Origin: Raja brachyura
Taxonomy: Eukaryota
Assembly: GCA_963514005.1 (NCBI GenBank)
Contig: OY740783.1
Span: 104,284,001 to 104,348,000 of the forward strand
DNA length: 64,000 bases
Direction of reading: 5' to 3'
Positions 24,518 to 37,354 of this stretch are shown here, one piece after another. Positions within the stretch are counted from its first letter, which is position 1. Every line of letters begins with the position of its first letter. The position numbers were made by a program, and so were the translations under genes. Below the pieces are notes generated by a model that searched no databases, was not told the origin of the DNA, and was given only the letters and a program-made list of their open reading frames with translations.

Positions 24518-25057
24518 TTAGGTCTCCTTTCAACAGAACTCTAACCAATGCTTTTAGTCAGAGCTGCTTGAGAGTTAGGCTAACTTAATGTTACAAAGTT
24601 AATTTCATTTGCGCAGTGGTAATTAGCTTTGTTCCCTGATAAGTCTGTGGTCGGGTGCTTGCTGGAAAGAACAAGTAACTTGCAAGAACAATGGGTCAAT
24701 TTACAGGAATTGGGTGATGGAGTTGGCAATCTAAATGAAATTAAGCACGTTTATTTAATTTGTTGGCGAATGAGACATGCTATTTTTAACAAGTCGCTAG
24801 CAATAAACATTTCAGCATTTGGGAGGTATTACGCTCCAGCTAGGTGTGAATCCCAGGGCACCTTCACAGTGCGGTTGGAGTCCTCGGTGACAGATGGAGC
24901 TCTGCAGGCTTCCTTGGATTTAACCTGCCGGCTGAAGTGTTCCAGATTCATTCGACACAAGTACAATAGCCCATTGGAATACATGAGAAGAAACATCTTC
25001 CAGGAAATGGGCAAGTGGATCCTTTAAATTCAATTTAATTCAATTTGTCAAAGAGTA

Positions 25058-25363
25058 GATTAGTTTAGTGGTACAGCATGGAAACAGGCCCTTCAATCTA
25101 CCGAGTCCGCACTGACCAGCGATCTACACACATTATTACTGCCCTACACACACTATGGAGAGTATTACATTTACACCAACCAAATTAACCTACAAACCTG
25201 TACGTCTTTGGAGTGTGGAAGGAAACTGAAGATCTTGAAGAAAACCCTCGCAAGGTCACGGGGAGAACATACAAGCACCGTACAGATAAGTACCCATAGT
25301 CAGGATCGCACCCCGGTCTCTGGCGTTGTAAGACAGTAGCTCTATCGCTATGCCACTGTGCCG
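25058..25363 (-). mobile_element. HE1-like SINE
   Basis: Full head-to-tail match to the other copies, reverse orientation. Confidence 0.85.
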
Positions 25364-25539
25364 TTCTAATCATACTGAATTGTCTTTGGATATCTAAGTG
25401 TTTTTTAGCTTTTAATTAAAAAATATATACTCTTACTGCATTTGTATGTTCTTGGAATTTACTAAATGACAAAGCTATTCACCCATCTAAATGGCAGCTT
25501 TAAAGGTCAATGATCCAAGAGGCAAAGGGCTCACTGGCT

Positions 25540-26065
25540 AGTTTATTTTATTTCATTATTGTCACGTGAACCATTAGTGAAAAGCTTTTTTTGTGGCATG
25601 CTTTCCAGTCAGCGGAAAGATTATACATGATTACAATCAAGCCATCCACAGTTTATAAATAGAGGATAAAGGGAATAATGTTTAATGCAAAATAAAGTCC
25701 AGTAAAGTCTGATTACAGATTGCGAGTGGAGGTCAGGACCACTCTCTAGTGGTGGTTCTGTTGCCTGAGAACAGCCGGGTAGAAACTGTCATTGAAACTG
25801 GAGGTATGCGTTTTCACACCTCTGGACCTCTTGCTTGATGAGAGGGGGGAGAAGAGGGAGTGTCCAGGGTAAGACTTAACCTTGATTATGCTGGTGGTCT
25901 TGCCCAGGCAGCGTGAAGAGTAGATGGAGTCAATGGAAGGGAAGTTGGTTTGTGTGATGGTCTGGCATGTGTCCACACTTCTCTGCAATTTCTTGTGGTC
26001 TTGGTTGGCAAAGTTCCCAAACCATGTTGTGATGCATTCCAATAAAATGCTTTCTGTGCAGCTGC
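25540..26065 (-). mobile_element. Rex1-type LINE 3' end
   Basis: ESILLECITTWFGN..KKLQR..HSLFSPLSS.KR..THTSSFNDSFYP. Confidence 0.85.
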
Positions 26066-26877
26066 CATTTGGTTTTGGGAAAGGCCCCAACTTACTGACA
26101 TGCTATCCTCACAGAGGAAGATTGCATTTGGATCATGCTGGAAGAAGCAGTATGGTCCAAGAAGCTGGCAAACAATGAATTTGGATGACACGTACATCAA
26201 TGTGCATTGGTACAGGTGAATAGCATCAATGAATACATGGGGAGAATTGCTTAGCACAAGAAGCAGAAGGAACAGGAAAATATATAGACCGAGTTTGGCA
26301 AATTTGAGGTGGAGAATTTCTTTCCAAGGAAATTGTTAAACTGTCCATTCTCTCAGGTTAGCATTCTAAAATAATCCCTTAGTACTAAATTGAAGAGGGC
26401 CAGGGGAGACCTGACCAATAATTATCCTCTTCCTAATGTAACTAAAAGTAATTATCACAGAGCAGTATTTCTGATCTAATCGTAAAACACATAATACATA
26501 TTTTGCAAGGATCCTTAAATCTATTAACAATAGAGGAATCCATTTAGTAATAAGTGCTGGTTTCACATACCATATTCATAAACTAAATCTAAACTAAAAG
26601 TTGATAAGCATTCTGGCTGAATATTTAATTTCTATAGATAGAGAGATGATAGTCTCTCCCTGTATGAAGTCTTATTCAGCCCACCCACTCGCTGCGATAT
26701 CTACCCTTCTAGCCTATTGACTATATGTGAATTTATTTACTACTAGACAAAGTGGGACCCATTGGTGGCCAGTGGAGGGGGGGGGGGCTTTCTGAAGCAC
26801 TAGTATGGGTGTTGTGGGCTGAAGGGACTGGTTTACAGAGGGCTAGCATGGACATTTGGGATGAATGGATTCTTGGG

Positions 26878-27365
26878 CTGGCAGCTCAGTCACTCAGACC
26901 TGGTGGGCTGGCAGCTCAGTCAATCAGGCCTGGTGGGCAGGCAGCTCAGCCACTCAGGCCTGGTGGGCTGGCAGCTAAGTCACTCAGGCCTTGTTGGTCT
27001 GGCAGCTCTGTCACTCAGGCCTGGTGGGCCTGGCAGCTCAGTCACTCAGGCCTGGTGGGCCTGGCAGCTCAGTCACTCAGGCCTGGTGGGCTGGCAGCTC
27101 AGTCACTCAGGCCTGGTGGGCTGGCAGCTCAGTCACTCAGGCCTGGTGGGCTGGCAGCTCAGCCACTCAGGCCCGGTGGGCTGGCAGCTCAGTCACTCAG
27201 GCCTGGTGGGCTGGCAGCACAGTTACTCAGGCCTGGTGGGCTGGCAGCTCGGTCACTCAGGCCTGATAGGCTGCCAGCTCAGTCACTCAGGGCTGGTGGG
27301 CTGCCAGCTCAGTCATTCAGGGCTGGTGGGCTGGCAGATCAGTCACTCATGCTGGTGGGCCTGCA
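26878..27365 (+). repeat. 30-bp minisatellite, about 16 copies of CTGGCAGCTCAGTCACTCAGGCCTGGTGGG
   Basis: 30-nt periodicity is directly visible. Confidence 0.97.
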
Positions 27366-27539
27366 GCTAAGAAGCTGACAGAAATTCTGCCTAAAACTGG
27401 TGAGGGACTTTGTGAGAGAGAAGGGGGGGGAGGGTGGAGAATCAATTTTTGACATTTTTCATATTTTTCTGCAGATCACGGCAATGAAGGAGTAAAGTCT
27501 TTCCTGGCCTGGATCTCACAGGGAGCCAATGAAGAGAGG

Positions 27540-28210
27540 GCCAACAACTCATTTCATTTCCATGTCAAGCACAGTGCAAGGCCAACAACTCATTTCATTT
27601 CCACGTCAAGCACAGTGTAAGACCACCAACTCATTGGATTGCCATTTCAAGCACAGTGCAAGGCCAACAAGTTATTTCATTTCCGTTTCAAGCACAGTCC
27701 AAGGTCAACAAGTCATTTTTTTTCCATTTCAAGCACAGCACAAGGTCGGCAAGTCATTTAATTTCCATTCCACGCACAGTGCAAGACCAATAACTGATTT
27801 AATTTCCATTCAAGCACAGTGCAAGGCCAACAACTCATTTTATTTCCATTTCAAGCACAGTGCAAGGCCAACAACTCATTTCATTTCACTTTCAAGCACA
27901 GTGCAAGGCCAACAAAGCATTTCATTTCAATTTCTAGCACAGTGCAAGGCCAACAACTCATTTCATTTCCATTTCAAGCACAGTTCAAGGACAACAATTC
28001 ATTTCATTTCCATGTGAAGCACAGTGCAAGTCCAAGAATGCATTTCATTTCCATTTGAAGCACAGTACAAGGCTAACAACTCATTTAGCTTCCATTTCAA
28101 GTACAGTATAAGCCCAACAACTCATTTCATTTCCATTTGAAGCACAGTGCAGGCCAACAACTCATTTCAAGCACAGTGCATGCTAACAACTCATTTCAAG
28201 CACAATGCAG
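27540..28210 (+). repeat. 41-bp minisatellite, about 16 copies of GCACAGTGCAAGGCCAACAACTCATTTCATTTCCATTTCAA
   Basis: GCACAGT recurs every 41 nt (for example 27569 and 27610); units shorten at the right end. Confidence 0.95.
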
Positions 28211-29132
28211 ACTAACAGATCAGTTCACTCACAGCGTAGACTCACAGATCTGGAGTCAACTCTCACTCGCGTTCTTCCAGAGTTACTGACTGATGTCCGA
28301 CCTCCACGGGCTTTATTCTCCTGGGCCCCCTGAGGGGCGTGACCTTCATCATGGTGATCGACAGGCGAGAAGACCAATCAGCTGATCTCACGATTGTTTA
28401 AACATTCATAACTTTTTTATTATTTCACCGATCGGAAAAAACCTTGGGGCGGTTGGTGGAGCGGAGGACAGTGAGTAAGATGGCAAAAAATCAAAGCGAT
28501 ACAGCGTAGCACTTTTTCTAAAATGTATTTACAACGTAGACAGGACGTGGTCATGATGAGACTTTTAGTAATAGTATAGAAGATAGATAGATAGACAATG
28601 TTGGCAGCTTTCCTTCGAAATTTGGAGGCCCAAAACTGGCATGCCCTTTCGAAGTCTCTGCAATTCTCCTTCTTTCTGAAAAACACAACGTAACACAAAG
28701 CTTTTGGTGATTTAGCTACTGATTGTCTTGGAGTCATATTTAATTTAATGGCATTTCCTTGAAATGCATGTTACAGTTTGCCTCTTTGAAGGTTCCACGC
28801 AGCTATAAGTTGTCGGTATTCTGCAACAATAAATGATTTAAATGGCATGCCATTCATAAAACAAATCTGGCAGGTTTGTTGCAATCTCTGTCAATATAAC
28901 TACTGAAATCTAATATCATTTATACTTTAAGTAGCACAAGCCACTTCATCTGAATTTTCCCTTAAGAGACATTGTTCATTATTATCGAATCAACGTGGGA
29001 TCCACAACCCTGTACATAAATCACATTGCCAGGCCCTTAGTTTACACTGACAGTTAGCTAAAATGTTTTCACCAATATTGGCAGGCATCCAGTGAGTTAA
29101 TTTTACTCTGGTGGGCATGGTCTCCATCTTCA

Positions 29133-29455
29133 GTTTTGTTTTAGTTTTAGAGATACAGCGCGGTAACAGACCCTTTGGCCCACCGAGACTGTGCCGACTA
29201 ACGATCCCCACACATTGACGCTATCCTACACACACTAGGGGCTATTTACATTTAAATCCAGCCAATTAACCTACAAACCTGTACGTCTTTGGAGTGTGGG
29301 AGGAAACAGATGTTCTCAGAGAAATCCCACGGAGGTCACAGGGAGACCGTATAAACTCCATGCAGATAACGCCCGTAGTCGGGATCAAACCCAGGCCCCT
29401 GGCACTGAAATCGCTGTAAGGCACCAACTCTACTGCTGCGCTACCATGCCGCCCA
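29133..29455 (-). mobile_element. HE1-like SINE
   Basis: Complete reverse copy with tail and tRNA-like head. Confidence 0.85.
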
Positions 29456-30354
29456 TTCTGAATTTTACAGAATGATTGGTGAGAGTTCTAAGACAGCCAG
29501 GTATCCATTTAATTTCAGGAATCAGACTCATGGCTGAGCAGGAATTCATGCAAACATTTACTCTTTGAAATGGGTTGGTTGTTTAAGAGGTGATGAGTGT
29601 AATCACAAGATAGACATGCTGGGAAGAAAGGGAAGGGAAGCGCGGGAAATGGGAAATTCAAAAATTCCATTGGAGAAAATCCCAGCTGAGAGAAACTCCA
29701 TTAAAATATCATTAGATTTCTTAAAAAATACTAAATATTGAGCAGATAGGAATGTCTGAGACATGTACCTTTCACAATTACAGACCTAACTCAACAAATT
29801 ATGTCCTGCCTGTGACTCCGATCCATTTTGCTGCAAGTTTTAAAAGTTTGCAACATTTTCCCAAACTAAAAGATGTAACCGTTGGAAGCTATCAATAGCA
29901 AACACAAACTAAACGTAATTGAGGAGTTAAAGTTATGCTGTTCCAGCATCTCTTGTTCCAGAAAGAAGACTAGCAGTTCTTCTCCCGAAGTGCTTCAAAT
30001 CTAATTTAAAATTTATTTTTACTGAGCTGTAGCTGCTATGGCAACAGTGGAGTGCGGGCTAGGTGCTGAAGTCTGAATAGATTCCTGAGATAAAATTGCT
30101 ATGTCTTCCACTTCAGCCCTGTTCACCCAAGGGTCAGATCTCTACCATTTACACTTATTGCAGCAACAGAACCAACCATCAGAAAGTCCCAACCTGAAAC
30201 ATCCATTCCCTCCACAGATGCTGACTAACCTCATGAGTTTGTCCAGCATTTTTGCATTCTGCTCAAGATTCCTCCATTTGAAGTTCCTTGTGTCAACAAT
30301 ATTAACCTGCGTGTGCGGACGTGGTGTTGAAGCATGAGAAGCCAAAGCAAAGAA

Positions 30355-30530
30355 GAGGAAGCCAAATAACCGAACAGAAACAAAGCCGAAAAACCAACTA
30401 ACCAAAAGGGTGGGACGCCTAAATGCGAACTCACCGAAAGGCCGCTCTGCCAAAACGCCAACTCACCAAAAGGCTGCGTCACCTACAAGCCAACTCACCA
30501 AAATGCCACTCTCCCGAAAAGTCAAATAAC
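30355..30530 (+). repeat. Degenerate tandem array of about 16 bp (e.g. GCCAACTCACCAAAA) bordering a GC-rich unclassified segment that runs to about 31010
   Basis: About 11 units ending in CCGAA/CCAAA. Confidence 0.65.
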
Positions 30531-31222
30531 GGACATGATGTCGCCGGGGGCGCAGAACTTGTCAGCGATTGGTCCAGACACCTGCGTCCATCACATCACT
30601 GGCTGATGGAGAAGGGAGGGTGGGGTCATTTCCCCACACAATCCACAGGTGACTGGACACTCTGAACCCGAGCATCAAGTTGTAAGCGGCCAAAGGAGCG
30701 CATCCCTCGGGACAGCCCCCACTCTCCCACGACCGCCCTCCGCCTCATCTCCCCCATGCGGCCGCACTGTGATGGGCTGTGTGTCAGCAGCGCACGCGAA
30801 CACTGGTCCGGGTGGAACAAAGGTGTGGGACAGGCTGGTCCCTCCACCTACCCAGAGTCACTGAACGCGATCGGATCCCAAACCCCACACCAGGGTGACC
30901 CACGGACCCCAACCCACACACGGGGTGATTCACCTCCCAACACCCACACTGAGTTATTCACCCCCCACCCCGGCCGCAGGGAGAGACGGCTCGGGCATTA
31001 GCAGCCAAGGTAAATCGCTTTTAAAATATGGGGGTGGGGGGGACACAAATTCCCTGACAGGCCAATGACAAGTGTGCATGACAATGAACCATTTTATCTC
31101 CCCCCGTGACAACAAGAGCACGTTTTATGTATTGTTTAAACACAGTAATACTGAGTCTGGTTGCCTCCATAACCCACACAAGCTCCCACGCACAAAACAC
31201 CAGATAATCTGTAATCTGTTTT

Positions 31223-31424
31223 AACCGAAGATGGACACAAAATGCTGGAATAACTCAGCAGAACAGGCAGCATCTCAGGAGAGAAGGAATGGGTGACGTT
31301 TCGGGTCGAGACCATTCTTCAGACCTGAAGACTGAGGGTCTCGACTCGAAACGCCACCCATTCCTTCTTTCCAGAGATGCTGCCTGTCCCACTGAGTCCT
31401 CCAGCATTTTGTGTCCATCTTTGG
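31223..31424. mobile_element. Palindromic pair of Penelope terminal repeats with two back-to-back hammerhead-like cores
   Basis: Arms of about 100 bp are mutual reverse complements, centred near 31323. Confidence 0.85.
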
Positions 31425-31714
31425 TGTGACAGTTGTCTCATTTCATCGGCTGAGACCATTCAGGCACCATTGTATTTCTAGTGACAGTGAATCCGTAGCA
31501 TTGTGCCATGCAGAACGGAGTATATAATTGCTTTGACATGGCGGTCTTAATCACAATAGCTTTTCTGACGATTGCAGGTAATGCACAGCTGCAGGAGGAA
31601 TGTTCTTTGATGTTACTTATTAAGCTTAACATTGGGTCAGACAACCAGCACTAGTTCATTATATCGAAAGGCTTTTCTTTATCAGAGAGTGCTTGTGGGT
31701 GACAGTAGATACCA

Positions 31715-32035
31715 ATAAACACTAGTTCTATCCTACACATTAGGGACAATTTACAGAAGCAAATTAACCTACAAACCTGCACGTCTTTGGATTGTGGGGG
31801 GAAACCGGAGCACCAAAATAAAACCCAAATGGTCACAGGGACGACGTACAAACTCTGTACAGGTAACACAGATAGTCAGAAAATCAAGGGGTACACAAAA
31901 AGCTGGAGAAACTCAGCGGGTGCAGCAGCATCTATGGAGCGAAGGAGATAGGCGACGTTTCGGGTCGAGACCCTCCTTCAGACTGGAAATCAAACTCGGG
32001 TGTAAGGCTGCACCTCTACCGCCATACCATTGTAC
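31715..32035 (-). mobile_element. HE1-like SINE interrupted by a hammerhead-bearing insertion of about 100 bp (about 31888-31984)
   Basis: The SINE body resumes after the insertion; a near-duplication AAATCAA flanks it. Confidence 0.7.
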
Positions 32036-34058
32036 CCCCATTCAGTGTTATCTTACTTTACTCCAATTTCACGACAATAACTTGAATAGTTAAGTTGCTA
32101 CTTTTAATTTTCCTGTCCTTGCTTTGGAATACTTCACCTTGCAAGAAAACATTTTGAGATATCTACATCTAATTCTGGCCTCTTGAATATATTTGCATTG
32201 CCGTTGATGACCTACCTTTCCTGAACTCTGTGCAACAGAAACAGACTTCAGTTTTGTTTATTGTCACATGTACCGAGGTACAGTGAAAAGCTCAGGTAGG
32301 TGAACCTTCATGAGAACTGACAAAGCATCTTCATCCCAGAAAGTTAACTCTTTTTTTTCTTCCACGGACGCTGCCTAACCTGTTGAGTGTTTCCAATATT
32401 TTCTGTGTTCATTTAATCACTTTTTTTTATCATCAGCCTTAAAATTGTATGTGTCCCAGCATCTAAATATTGGCTGATGTGACTCTTGTGATGCACCAGG
32501 GGTGATTTACACTGTTACAGCTGTTATGTAAAACACTTTTGCGATTTGTTTGCCAGGACTAAACACCACAAAACCTTAACTTCAAAAATCCACAATTACC
32601 ATTTTGATTGCAAGCTCTCTCCTGAAAACACCCACATATCATAATTGCAACTACACTTAAAGGCACTTCCACAGCCGAAGGACAATGTGGAATGCCATGT
32701 GGATATAAAACCATTTTTTAAATGTTGTTTTCAAAATATGGACATTGTAAGTAATGCCAGCATTTACTGTTCAGCCGCAATTGGTCCCAAATTAAGGAGG
32801 CAGTTAAGAGTCGATCACTTAATCTGAAGTAACATAACCATCAGGCTTGATTTAGATGGAACATTCCGAACCCTGCAAGAGGCTACTGGTCTGTTTAAAA
32901 CAGTAAAGTAAGTTACTCTTACTGAATCTTCTTTTTTAAATCCAGGCCTCTGGCAGCTGGTGCTGCATTTTAACTATTCTGCTAACATACCTGTGCAGTG
33001 AAGTATCGAAATTGAAGTCTTCAGGGTTCAGAATTTAGCAATGATCACAACTAGCTCTCAACTGCTGCCAAAAGCTGGTGGGTCAGTACAATGTCACAAA
33101 AACAAATATGTCAGATAAGAATTTTCTAAAGGGAAGTGTAAATCCCAGCAGAGGGGAATAAAAGTCTTGGCCAAGACAGAAATATCTGACCAATAAATTT
33201 ACCTTCAAACAGTAACACTATTTCCAAGCATAAGGAATTGATATTACTTTAACAATAGTCAACCATTACAGCAACAGACTCAAAGTGATAGGCCTAATTT
33301 CAAGATCTGTTAGACTTTATATATAAAAACAAATTTCACTGGGCATTGGGGGCTACAGGATCAGCTCAAAGGTACTGAAATCACTTTATATCTCATGATT
33401 TCAATGTATTTGCTGCCCAGAATATTTGCCTAGTTCACATTTCAATAAAACTAATTAAATTACTTAGATACTATGATTCTAGACTCCAGGGACCATTTAA
33501 TTAAACCACTCTGAAAGTAAAGGCTTTCACTAACCAATGTTGGCATTGCACATTGACTAATCTTTCATATGTCCATATACGTCTGCCTCAGCATTATTCG
33601 ATTTTGAGCCTAATTGCAGCAAAGTAGTAGCATTTCCTCACAGTTTCACAGAATCTCCTCAATGCATCTTTCAATTGCAATTGTTGTCTGGAAAACAATT
33701 TCTCTCCATCTAGGTGAGTTTATGAAGATTGTGCCTTTGATGTACTCTTCTGAGCAAATCGTTTGGGTGGTCTGGTCAAATTAGTAACAATCCACAGCAT
33801 CCAAGGGAAATTTTAATACAACTACTTTATTTATTTCTCAAACTTAAGGAGTTTTGCAAGGCTCAGTGCCAGGTCTCTTTCTTCATATAGTATGGAAACG
33901 GGTCTTTTGACCCATTATGTCCACATTGGATATCAAATAGCCATTTACACTGATCCTACACAGATTCTATTTTATTGTTCCCACATTCCCATCCACCTTC
34001 CCCGATTCTATCACACAAGTGCAGCAGTTTGCAATGATCAATCTGATAGAGAATGTTA

Positions 34059-34220
34059 ACATAGAAACATAGAAAATAGGTGCAGGAGGAGGCCAAGCAG
34101 CCCTTCAAGCCAGCACCACCATTCATTGTGACCATTGGTGATCGTCCCCAATCAATAACCAGTGTCTGCCTTCTCCCCATATCCCTTGATTCCACTAGCC
34201 CCTAGAGCTCTATCTAACTC
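34059..34220 (-). mobile_element. CR1 3' tail
   Basis: (CATAGAAA)2 followed by ATAGGTGCAGGAGGAGGCC. Confidence 0.8.
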
Positions 34221-34649
34221 TTAACAACATATCATATTGCTTTAGACTTTAACATAGGACCCACGATTAAATTGTTTGCGTAAATGTGGTTGACAGTAAA
34301 TTGTTTGTCCATGTGGTTGACAGTGAAGATGAAAGTGAACACCCATTTCAGAACAATAGCAAAGGACTCCTTAGAAGGGTGGCAAGATCAGCCATAAGAT
34401 GTGCAAATGCATGCATTCAGGGGGAGGGGGGGCAAGGTAAGTGGATAAGACAGTAAAAAGAAAGATATTGAGAAGTTAAGAGAAAAATAGAGAGACTTTG
34501 GAGGGAATGTCCATGGATAATTAAAGGTGGCAAGATAGAAAGACAAGTTGGACATATAGGGGATCAGTTGTCTATAGTTAATCTCTGTGATATGTAAGTA
34601 ACATCGATATAATGACAAGGTAAAATGACTTTGGAATGTTTTTCTGCCC

Positions 34650-34780
34650 TTGCGTACTTACCGCGGACTTCGCTCCAACTTCGCGCCACTTCGCACCACT
34701 CACCCGACCTCCGCGCGGCCCCCGCTGCCGGTTTGGTCGTGCTTGCCGCATGCAGGTCGCATGCCTGTAGGACAGGCCCT
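34650..34780. mobile_element. Family B MITE right-end fragment
   Basis: Matches 24305-24410 and ends GGACAGGCCCT followed by TTA. Confidence 0.75.
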
Positions 34781-35544
34781 TTAGAGACTGTAGGTTCACT
34801 TAGTCAATGTTATCATTTTTATCATTTTATGTTGAATATCCATGCTCTTGGACTTTGGGAAATCAGTGACCATAGCACGCTCTTGGAGAGCTGGGCCTGA
34901 GACTGCCAAGGTCTGAACACACAGTCACTCAAGATTAAGCTTAGGCAGTCATCCCAAATCCATGGATGGACCATTATATGCTGCCCTAGTGCATCCACAA
35001 AATCTGAAGTGGACAGATCAAATGGAGAGGCAGTAATTGAGGAGCACTGAGTAGGTGGGAGTGGGAAAGGACTGAAGGAGGCAGAAGAGTGGTAGGATGG
35101 GTGAATGGAGATTCGGTTGAGGGAAAAGGGTGGTGGAACATTGGAGGAGGGGGAGGGGGGGTGAAGCATCAAGGGAGCATGAAGATAAAGAAAGTATTGG
35201 GGAGGGGAAGGAACATCAGAACGTTGGCAGTGGAAGGGGGTGAGATTGGTGTAGCCTTGTCTTTCTTCCTTGCTACCTTAAATTGTGAGAGGCAGAAGAG
35301 GAGATAATGGGATGGAGTCAGTGTTAAGTAGGGCAGTGGTTTGGTGTGATGAGGGATTGACGGATGCGGATGGTGGCATGAACAGGTGTCCCAAACACTC
35401 CACTGAATGATGGCTATCCACAAATGAATTAAAGCTGGAAAATCTCTAAACTCTGTTTTCTGCTAAAATTCATACTGAGAAGATAGAACAATATACTTAG
35501 AAACAGACCCTTTGGCCATCAATGTATGTTACAAACATAAGAAC

Positions 35545-35940
35545 ATAAGATCATGTGATAGGAGCAAAATTAGGCCATTTGGCCCATCGAGTCCACTCTG
35601 CCATTCAATCATGGTTGCTCTATCTCTCCCTCCTAACCTCATTCTCCTGCCTTCTCCCCATAACCTCTGACAACTGTACTGATCAAGAATCTATCTATCT
35701 CTGCCTTAAATATATCCACTGCACATAATCCATATCCCTCCATTCCCTGCATTTTAATACACCAATCCTAAAGTCTCTCAAATACCACTATTGTATCTGC
35801 CTCAACCGCTGCCCTCTGTAGCACATTCCAGGCACTCACCACTCTCTGTGTACAAAACAAAACTTGCCCTGTACTTCTCCTTTAAAATTTGCCCATCTCA
35901 CCATAAAGCCCTGCCCTCAACTATTTGATGTTTTGATCTT
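35545..35940 (-). mobile_element. Two adjoining CR1 3' fragments
   Basis: Reverse 3' UTR followed by a reverse WNVL/RVVS-type region. Confidence 0.65.
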
Positions 35941-37354
35941 GGAGGACTTCTGCAGTCCTACTCACTCAATACTCGTCCTTTTGTGAGGACAAAGCATTTT
36001 GTTCAGGGGGAAGTCCAGTATTGCTGAGGGGTTATTGAGAGTGAAGTCACTTAAAGTTGTGGTGTTGCCATTTCTAAGCCTGTGCCGAGTACAGGAGACT
36101 GTAACCAGTTCGAATGAGGCAGCCATAGTGTCACTCTGTGTCTTCACTTGTCACATGAAAATCATTGTCTTTAATCTCCCACCAATGATGTTCCAAGGTC
36201 TGAAGAACATTTTGTCCTGTGTTTCATTATTCGTTACTTGCCTTCCAGTGCCATCGCTATCTCTTTCTCTAACTTGATTAAGTATAAGACCTAGCTGAAT
36301 GAATAAGAGTTATATTATTAGTTGCTGAAATAATTTCATGGAAATAGATCATTGCAAACTAGGATGTATGAACAAATTAGGCTTTGACATTATTCTATTT
36401 TCAAATTATATCTGTGTTTAGGCATACACAATATAATATTTGGAAAGTAACTAAAATTATGATGTATTTCTCAAAGGAATGATCAATCTTTCAGTTTGTT
36501 ACCAAAGATAAACAGACAGATCCATTGGGACAGAGAGCTGGAAGTTAATAACTCCAAACTTGGAGAAAATATTAAACTGAATTGATTGTTTCTGTCAGCA
36601 ATATTTCTGCAACAAGATTTATTGATACTAATGAGATCCCTGTCGTCTGGCATATATATATTTAGGATTTTTAATTCAAATATCTCCTTTACGGTATGGG
36701 AATACAATTCTTACAGGACCTATTTCCTTAAAGCAAACATACTCTCGTGTTTCCTTCAGAGACAGAGCAAAGCAAACGAGAGAGGGTTATTTGATGCAGT
36801 TATTAAGCAACAATGCAAAACATCACCCAACAGGCTGTCAATTAATCTGACAGCATAGAAACAGACTCTTCATCTCAGAATCTCCATGTTGACCATTAAG
36901 TATTCATCTGTATTTATCCCATTTACCATCAGGACCCATTCCCTTCTATCATCCTTTGATGATACGTGCTCACTGCGATATTTCTTGTGTGTGTCTGTCT
37001 CCACTATCTCCTCAGGCAGTATGTCTCACAATCCAACCATCCTTTGATTAGATATCTTTCCTCCGATCCCCTCCCAACCTCTGATCCTTTATCTTGGACA
37101 GATGGCCTCTGGGTTTAGACTTCTATGTGAAAGGGAGAAGTTTCCTTTATCTGTAGATTTCCTACCAGATTTCCCCTTTGCCCTTTTCACTCCTTGGAAA
37201 AACAAATCCAGCCCACAGGGGAAATGTGACTTGGATAATTCACCATCAGAGTTGGTGGTTTTGAACATTTAAACCTGGACCTTGCCTGTCCTCTGTGGTG
37301 GATGTAAAGGGATCTTGTGATGATATGTTGAGAAGACAGAGGAGTTATTGCTAA

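Larger units (their letters stand above)
26743..28580 (-). mobile_element. Non-autonomous Helitron, copy 2, with two internal minisatellite arrays
   Basis: Minus-strand 5' TCTATACTATTACTAAAAGTCTCATC (exact end blurred by an adjacent (TCTA)n run); 3' end GGGTCCCACTTTGTCTAG|T. Both ends are homologous to copy 1. Confidence 0.85.

Noticed and set aside
26752-27378. 208-aa and 169-aa ORFs with decapeptide repeats (LAAQSLRPGG)
   Set aside because: They are by-products of a stop-free 30-bp minisatellite inside a Helitron; several frames are open and there is no gene context.
27540-28210. CRISPR-like regular repeat array
   Set aside because: The units are contiguous tandem copies with no unique spacers, there are no cas genes, and the context is eukaryotic.
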